Source: an uncultured Acidimicrobiia bacterium (GTDB taxonomy: Bacteria; Actinomycetota; Acidimicrobiia; Acidimicrobiales; Ilumatobacteraceae). Taken from it: 64,000 nucleotides of DNA. The stretch is taken from assembly GCA_963739975.1 (NCBI GenBank), contig CAVUCK010000014.1, positions 77,128 through 141,127 on the forward strand. Reading direction: 5' to 3'. Of the stretch, positions 59,208 through 64,000 are shown in pieces. The position numbers and the translations under genes were made by a program. How positions within the stretch are numbered: position 1 is the first letter of the stretch; each line of letters begins with the position of its first letter. The notes under the pieces were generated by a model. That model saw only the letters and a list, made by a program, of their open reading frames with translations. It did not search any database and was not told the origin of the DNA.

Positions 59208-60110
59208 TCATCCTCGCGCCGGCCGCCGGTCTTCATGCTCGTTTGGACGGGTTCCACTGGGGGCGCCCTTGCGGGTCCGCAACGTCGCCGCAGCAGCAGC
59301 AACAGGCCCCGCCGCACCGATCCGATCGAGCTCGTCTTCGATCTCGTTGCGTCGCTTCGAGAACAACCGCAGCACCCGGCGCGGGATGCCGGCGATCTCA
59401 CCGTCGCCGCGCTGATTGAGCACCCAGCCGACCCCGAGACGGCGGGTCAGCTCGGCGCGGACGGCGGTGTCGTAGACGGCGCCGGCGGCGCGCCGCGACC
59501 GATACACGGCTTGGCCGTCGAGCGCCGACCAGCGGCCGTCCGGACCGCGGGTGAGGTTGGCGACCAGCACGTGGGAGTGCAGCTGCGGGTCCCCCGCCCG
59601 TGACGTGCGGTGCCGGAACCCGGCGGCGACGAACCCGGCGCCGGGCAGGCGGCGCGTCCCGAACTCGGCCACATCGCCGCGGAACCGTTCCCGGTTGTTG
59701 CTTCCCCGGCGGACGAAGCAGGCCTCCCGTTCCAGCCATCCAACTGCCTAATCGACGGCGGTGTCGAGGGCTTCGACGATCTGGCCGCGCACCAACGGAT
59801 CGGCCAGGGCGTACAGCGCCGAGACCGACTTGGCCGCCGAGAACGTCAGATCGAACCCCGGCACCCGCCCCTTGAACACCCGCAACCGGTCCCCGTTCGG
59901 CGACAACCCCGTCCCCGGCGCCAACCCGGCAAGAACCGCACGAAGGTCGCTGGCGGCGACCGCCCCGTCCAACTCGAGGCCCGGTGCGGCGTTGCCGAGC
60001 CAGCGTCCAGGCATCTCGCCCCGACCCGTGTAGTAGTCGTCCAGACCCTGGGCCACCTGCGACAAGTAGTAGCTCTCCGCACCGACCCGCAGCTTCCACA
60101 ACGACAACAT
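59208..60110 (-). pseudogene. MobF/TrwC-type conjugative relaxase N-terminal domain, with an in-frame TAG and truncated
   Basis: ORF 59748..60110 (MLSLWKLRVGAESYYLSQVAQGLDDYYTGRGEMPGRWLG...FDLTFSAAKSVSALYA) and ORF 59208..59672 (..FRHRTSRAGDPQLHSHVLVANL...DGRWSALDG) are in the same frame. They are separated by a TAG at 59748-59750. Family similarity stops near 59250, and no helicase domain follows. Confidence 0.7.
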
Positions 60111-60145
60111 CCCTACCTACACACAGACCCCCTCCAGGCCCGAAT

Positions 60146-60200
60146 GGCACCAAAAAGGTGGTGCCCGAAACGCCGTGCAGGCACCTGTGGTGCACAGGTG
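60146..60200. other. inverted repeats upstream of the relaxase remnant (possible oriT relic)
   Basis: CACCTGTG-GTG-CACAGGTG is a perfect 8-bp inverted repeat (60182-60189 and 60193-60200). GGCACC-N8-GGTGCC lies at 60146-60165. Both are in an AT-richer non-coding stretch 40-90 nt upstream of the relaxase start. Confidence 0.25.
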
Positions 60201-60379
60201 TGAACTATCCGGGCTCCCGCATAGGTCGCATCATCTGGGGTGGGCGCTTATCCGGGGTCGTTGGGCGCCGGGTCGGCGGGGGGTGCACTCCCTGCCGGCG
60301 GTCTGTGCGCAGCGCCCGCGTCGGTGTTGACCGGCAGCTCGAGGGAGCGCTCACAGCGTGAGCCCGGCAGGCTGGTTGC

Positions 60380-61333
60380 GTGACCGAGTTCGACGCCAGC
60401 GCCCGTCGCATGGATCGCCTGCGACTGGAGCTCGACGACGAGGGGATCGAGCTGTCGGCCGATCCCGACCTCTTGACGATCGTGCTAGCCGAACTCGACT
60501 ACGCCCGCCACCCGCACGCCCACGAGGGCATCGCCCCTCGCTACGGCGCCCTCCTGTCGTCCACCGACGTGTTGACGGTGGAGCAGGTCGGCGCGATCGA
60601 GCACGTCGCCGTCGGGGACGTCCCGATCAGCGTGGTTCGCCGCCTCGCCGACGGGCGGTCGTCGTTCGTCGCCCGCACCGTCGGCGCGCCCGACCGGCTC
60701 GCCTGCTTCGACCGCACGAGGGAGTACGAGTCGTCAGCCATGCACCTCACGGTGGCGACCGGAGCGATCGTCCTACAACGACTCGGCCTCGGCTGGGTAC
60801 GCCTGTGCACCCCGGCGGGCATCGTCACGTGGGACGGCATGCACTGGTCGTCGAAACCGCTGTCGATCCACATCACCGAGCGAGTCGCACACTCGATCAC
60901 GACCGCCGATCAGGGCGTTCTCGCCCACCTCCACGAGTTCTGCACACACTGGCTGGGCGCCGGACGCGTCGGCGCGACGCTCGTCTGGCACCTCGCCGGT
61001 GACCCGCACACGTTGGCGCACCTCGGCTTTGCTGCTGCGGTCACGATCCCCGAGCTCGAACTGACGTCCCGGGCGCACTACGCCCCTCTGCTCAACGCCC
61101 TCGCGCAGTACGACCGGGCGGCGCTCGTCGACCCACGTGGGCGGGTCACCACCGTCGGGGTCCACCTGCGATCGTCCGAGCGCGCCCGCGCCGAGGTCGC
61201 GCCCTACCGCGGGACCCGACACACCTCCGCGCTGCGGTTCACCAGCGACGAGCCCTCGGCGGCCGTGTTCGTCGTGTCGTCGGGTGGAACGCTCTCGGTC
61301 TTCTGGCAGGGCCGCCGCCTCGACACCGGCTGA
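60380..61333 (+). CDS. DisA_N/DAC-fold protein with degenerate catalytic motifs and an unknown N-terminal domain
   Basis: ORF 60380..61333 with a GTG start. The C-terminal ~130 aa align by eye to the diadenylate cyclase fold: GATLVW, QYDRAALVDPRGRV (DGA position reads DRA), YRGTRHTSALRF (RHR position reads RHT), AAVFVVSSGGTLSVFWQG. Confidence 0.5.
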   Translation: MTEFDASARRMDRLRLELDDEGIELSADPDLLTIVLAELDYARHPHAHEGIAPRYGALLSSTDVLTVEQVGAIEHVAVGDVPISVVRRLADGRSSFVARTVGAPDRLACFDRTREYESSAMHLTVATGAIVLQRLGLGWVRLCTPAGIVTWDGMHWSSKPLSIHITERVAHSITTADQGVLAHLHEFCTHWLGAGRVGATLVWHLAGDPHTLAHLGFAAAVTIPELELTSRAHYAPLLNALAQYDRAALVDPRGRVTTVGVHLRSSERARAEVAPYRGTRHTSALRFTSDEPSAAVFVVSSGGTLSVFWQGRRLDTG

Positions 61334-61429
61334 ACGGCCGACACCCTGACGATTTCGCCGTTGCCGGCATCCTCGCAAAGGACTGGTACATACAGCTCGT
61401 CACGCCCGACGCAAGGCCCCGGCCGAGGC

Positions 61430-61765
61430 TCAGGTGGCAGAGCGGGGTGGGAACGGCGGCGACAGGAAGGCCAGCATCGTGAGGCCAGCCATACCCTCGT
61501 TGGCCACGCGCAGCTCCTCATCGCCGCCGTAGTAGGCGAGTGACCCTGCCGCGAACGCGACCTTGCCGTCGTCGGTGTCGACGACACCCTCACCTTCGAC
61601 GGCGAAGAGCATCAGGTCCGAAGCACCATGCTTGTGCGGCGGGAGGGTCTGGCCCGGGCTGAGGCGGACCAGCCGGACATTCGATTGGGCGCCCTCGAGG
61701 AGCGGCTGGGCCACCACCCGGTCGGGGTCGTATGACGGGGCGCCGGCCAGGTTGACGATCTGCAT
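61430..61765 (-). CDS. cupin-domain protein
   Basis: ORF 61430..61846 trimmed to ATG 61765 (MQIVNLAG). Cupin motifs: GQTLPPHKHGASDLMLFAVEGEG and GSLAYYGGDEELRVAN. Confidence 0.6.
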   Translation of the reverse strand: MQIVNLAGAPSYDPDRVVAQPLLEGAQSNVRLVRLSPGQTLPPHKHGASDLMLFAVEGEGVVDTDDGKVAFAAGSLAYYGGDEELRVANEGMAGLTMLAFLSPPFPPRSAT

Positions 61766-61826
61766 GACCGCAGCGTCGCACGACCCGACCTGCGCGCTCG
61801 CGAGTCGCCCTCGAGGCGGGGGTCTG

Positions 61827-62277
61827 TCAGACGTGGTGGGAGGCAAGTTGCTCGAGCAACGTCAGGCGGTCGTGGGCGCGTCCTTGCACGAGATGGCGAT
61901 CGTGGTCGTCGAGGGTGGCGACGCTGCGTGGATCGAGCTTGTCGGCGATGTCGGCGCGTTTGATCCGTAGTGCCAACGGGTCGGCGACGCAGCGGTCGAG
62001 GTAGTGCTGTTCGAGTTCGCCGTCACGTTGGGTCAACGCGTCGACCACCTCGATGAGCCCTTCATCAGCCCCCGCCGCGCGGAGGTCACTCCAGGCCATC
62101 CAGCCCTTCTCGACGCTGTCATGCAGCAAAGGCTGCCGTGACGGCGTCGCGGTCGTCGTCCGCGCCCAATCGGGCGGCGACTCGGCGGACGTGATCGATG
62201 AACAGCGACCCGGAGCCGGTCCGGTCGCTGCCGTGCGCTCGCGTCGCCAACGCGTCGGCCTCGTTGACGGTGATCAC
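61827..62277 (-). CDS. small HD-domain phosphohydrolase (alarmone-hydrolase/SpoT-HD-like); apparent +1 frameshift at 62128-62130
   Basis: Frame 1, from GTG 62277, reads VITVNEADALATRAHGSDRTGSGSLFIDHVRRVAARLG..DAVTAAF and then stops. ORF 61827..62129 continues LHDSVEKGW...IKRADIADKL. Removing one A from the AAA run at 62128-62130 restores the canonical AALLHD motif. Length is 451 nt (3n+1). Confidence 0.55.
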
Positions 62278-62293
62278 GAACGCCGGTCGATCA

Positions 62294-63133
62294 TCAGTTG
62301 TTGGAGAATTCCGGGTCCCGATGAGTCATGTTTCGTGATGGCACGACGAGGACGGGTCGCGTCGTGTGTTGGACGAGACGCCGTGTGGTGCTGTGCCAGT
62401 GCGTGTGATCGTCGGTCCAGTTGGTGCTGGTGGTAACGAGCACGGCGTCGTCGCTGGCGTTGGCGAACTCCTCCAGGCGTTCGACGATGTCGTCGCCGTG
62501 CAGCACCTCCCATGCCGTCTCGACGCCGGCGGAGACGAGCTGCGTCGCGAGGTTGTGGACGTGCGATGACTCGACGAGTTGGGCGACGCCGCCACCGCTG
62601 TGCGATGGCGCCGGGAGAACCTCGACGACCCAAGGTGTCGCGCTGACAAAGGTCTCGACCCACGACGAGATGGCGGTGAAGGCGGCGGTCGCGACATTGG
62701 TGGAACCGACGCAGGCGATCAGGGTCGTCGTTGCCATGGGATTCATCGCCGGTACGTGCGGACCGATCAGCAGGACCGGGCGGTCGATCCGGTTGAGGAC
62801 CGCCTCGCTGACGCTGCCGAGGAACTGGCTCCGCAGCGGCGACTTGGCCGTCGTCGACATGACGAGCAAGGCGCCAGGTCTGCTGTCGATGTGGTCGACG
62901 ATGGCTCGAGCCGGGTCGTCGTCGTGGACGATGACGTACGAGTCAGCGGACCAACCGTTGGCGGTGGCGCGTTGACGCAACGCGAAGGCGTCCACCTCCT
63001 CGGACATCGATGGCGGCGAAACGGTCAACAGCTCGACCGAGACGTCTCCGAGCCCCGACAACGCTTGGGCGATCGGCAGCGCTCGATCGCCTTGCCATTC
63101 CAGATCGAGTGCGACCACGATGGACGTGAACAT
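62294..63133 (-). CDS. tandem universal stress protein (two USP domains)
   Basis: ORF 62294..63133. Contains SIVVALD...LLVMST..........GSVSEAVLNRIDRPVLLI, and a second half ending LVTTST...TTRRLVQHTTRPVLVVP. Confidence 0.8.
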   Translation of the reverse strand: MFTSIVVALDLEWQGDRALPIAQALSGLGDVSVELLTVSPPSMSEEVDAFALRQRATANGWSADSYVIVHDDDPARAIVDHIDSRPGALLVMSTTAKSPLRSQFLGSVSEAVLNRIDRPVLLIGPHVPAMNPMATTTLIACVGSTNVATAAFTAISSWVETFVSATPWVVEVLPAPSHSGGGVAQLVESSHVHNLATQLVSAGVETAWEVLHGDDIVERLEEFANASDDAVLVTTSTNWTDDHTHWHSTTRRLVQHTTRPVLVVPSRNMTHRDPEFSNN

Positions 63134-63188
63134 GACTTCTCCTCGCGAGGCTTGCTGAGCTCACGATGCCGGTTCGCTCGGATCGGCG

Positions 63189-64000
63189 CTAGGGACGAAG
63201 GTCCTGCACTGGCCCCACTCGTTCGAGGTCGTAGAGCTCAACGGTAGGGACACGACCCATCAGGTGAACGACGGCATCTTGCGGGGTTCTCGTGCCGGCC
63301 AGAACGGTCGCCACGGTCTCGCAGATCGGCATTCCGACGTGATTCCGGGCGGCTAGGAGCAGGACGGCCTCAACCGAGTTCACACCTTCCATGCATCCGG
63401 CATTCGAGGATGCCAGCTCCGCCAAGACCCATCCTCTGGCGATCTGTTCGCCGGCGCTTCGGTTGCGGCTGAGCGGGCTGGCGCAGGTCGCCATCAGGTC
63501 ACCGGCGCCGGCGAGGCCGAGGAACGTGAGCGGGTCACCGCCGAGGGCCGTGCCCAGGCGGGCCAGCTCGGCGAGTCCACGGACGACGAGTGCAGCTTTG
63601 GTGTTCATCCCGTACTGCAGTCCGTCGGCCATTCCGGCGGCGAGCGCGATGACGTTCTTGACCGCACCGCCGATCTCGCAGCCCACCACGTCGGAGCTCG
63701 TGTAGACGCGGAACCGCTCCGTACCGAGTCGTTGCTGGACGTCAGTCGCATACCGGAGGTCCTGGAACGCCACGCACGTCGCTGACGGGTGTCCGGCCAT
63801 CACCTCGCGGGCCAGGTTGGGGCCGGCCATCAAGCCGATGGTCGCCGGGTCATGGTCGGCGAGCGCTTCGGTGATCACCTCGGTCATCCGCTTCCCGGTC
63901 CTCGCTTCGAGGCCTTTGGTCACGCTCACGACGACGGCATGCGGATCGATCCATGGATGAGCAGCGGCGAGCACCTCCCGGACATAGGGAGACGGGACCG
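63189..64000 (-). CDS. gpsA: NAD(P)H-dependent glycerol-3-phosphate dehydrogenase; N-terminus lies beyond the window
   Basis: ORF 63189..63974. The frame stays open upstream to the window edge (VPSPYVREVLAAAHPW...). Motifs: GPNLAREV, GGAVKNVIALAAGM, GAGDLMATC. Confidence 0.85.
   Translation of the reverse strand, partial: VPSPYVREVLAAAHPWIDPHAVVVSVTKGLEARTGKRMTEVITEALADHDPATIGLMAGPNLAREVMAGHPSATCVAFQDLRYATDVQQRLGTERFRVYTSSDVVGCEIGGAVKNVIALAAGMADGLQYGMNTKAALVVRGLAELARLGTALGGDPLTFLGLAGAGDLMATCASPLSRNRSAGEQIARGWVLAELASSNAGCMEGVNSVEAVLLLAARNHVGMPICETVATVLAGTRTPQDAVVHLMGRVPTVELYDLERVGPVQDLRP

Noticed and set aside
58941-62290. Functional integrative conjugative element or prophage
   Set aside because: The relaxase is interrupted and truncated. 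No integrase, coupling protein, T4SS, capsid or terminase genes are present in the window. It is reported only as a remnant.

Overview
This is a dense, visibly high-G+C chromosomal segment of actinobacterial type (a guess from gene content and codon style). Long Arg/Pro/Gly-rich shadow ORFs lie opposite almost every real gene. All domain calls were made by eye from the translations; no searches were run.

Gene content, left to right:
- 1-5975 (minus): a contiguous respiratory operon, ctaE-qcrC-qcrA-qcrB-ctaC-ctaD, joined mostly by 4-nt start/stop overlaps.
- 6.1-8.2 kb: small detox-type genes (DinB/DUF664, VOC, GNAT).
- 8.3-9.6 kb: a DUF222-HNH gene.
- 9.7-13.4 kb: pentose-phosphate and glycolysis genes pgi, rpiA and zwf.
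- 13.7-21 kb: a tyrosine phosphatase, then two FMN/FAD oxidoreductases, a FUSC-like protein and a GbcA/Stc2-type Rieske oxygenase.
- 21-25.7 kb: a scramblase-like protein next to a 1251-aa membrane-anchored patatin-like protein.
- 25.8-31.6 kb: a peptide-type ABC importer operon.
- 31.8-34.1 kb: an Fe-alcohol dehydrogenase and an enolase-superfamily gene.
- 34083-35171: a 1089-bp IS-like unit with 51-bp terminal inverted repeats around one AbiEi/DUF559-type ORF, abutting a 5'-truncated ABC exporter.
- 36.3-42.9 kb: an XRE regulator with a divergent desaturase, a LysR regulator, an acyl-CoA carboxyltransferase, a DinB-fold protein, and an LPXTG Thr-rich surface protein.
- 43.0-45.5 kb: a stressosome module (RsbR, RsbS) whose RsbT kinase is fused to an ECF sigma factor and a zinc anti-sigma motif. 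I consider this the most interesting candidate. A leaderless double chaplin-like gene is transcribed divergently from it.
- 46-57.8 kb: a PEP-utilising-domain protein, a BVMO, catalase HPII, a 675-aa orphan, a CYTH-Ppx/GppA fusion and a SulP permease.
- 57.9-58.9 kb: a 312-bp perfect segmental duplication carrying a PLD_N-type small membrane gene.
- 58.9-62.3 kb: a decayed mobile-element remnant (ester-cyclase fragment, nonsense-interrupted and truncated MobF relaxase, oriT-like palindromes, a DAC-fold protein with degenerate catalytic motifs, a cupin, an alarmone-hydrolase-like HD gene).
- 62.3-64 kb: a tandem USP and partial gpsA.

No rRNA, tRNA or CRISPR array was seen.

Caveat: at least five otherwise intact CDSs each carry exactly one surplus nucleotide. 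Sequence quality must therefore be checked before any of them is called a pseudogene, and before any fusion is accepted as real.
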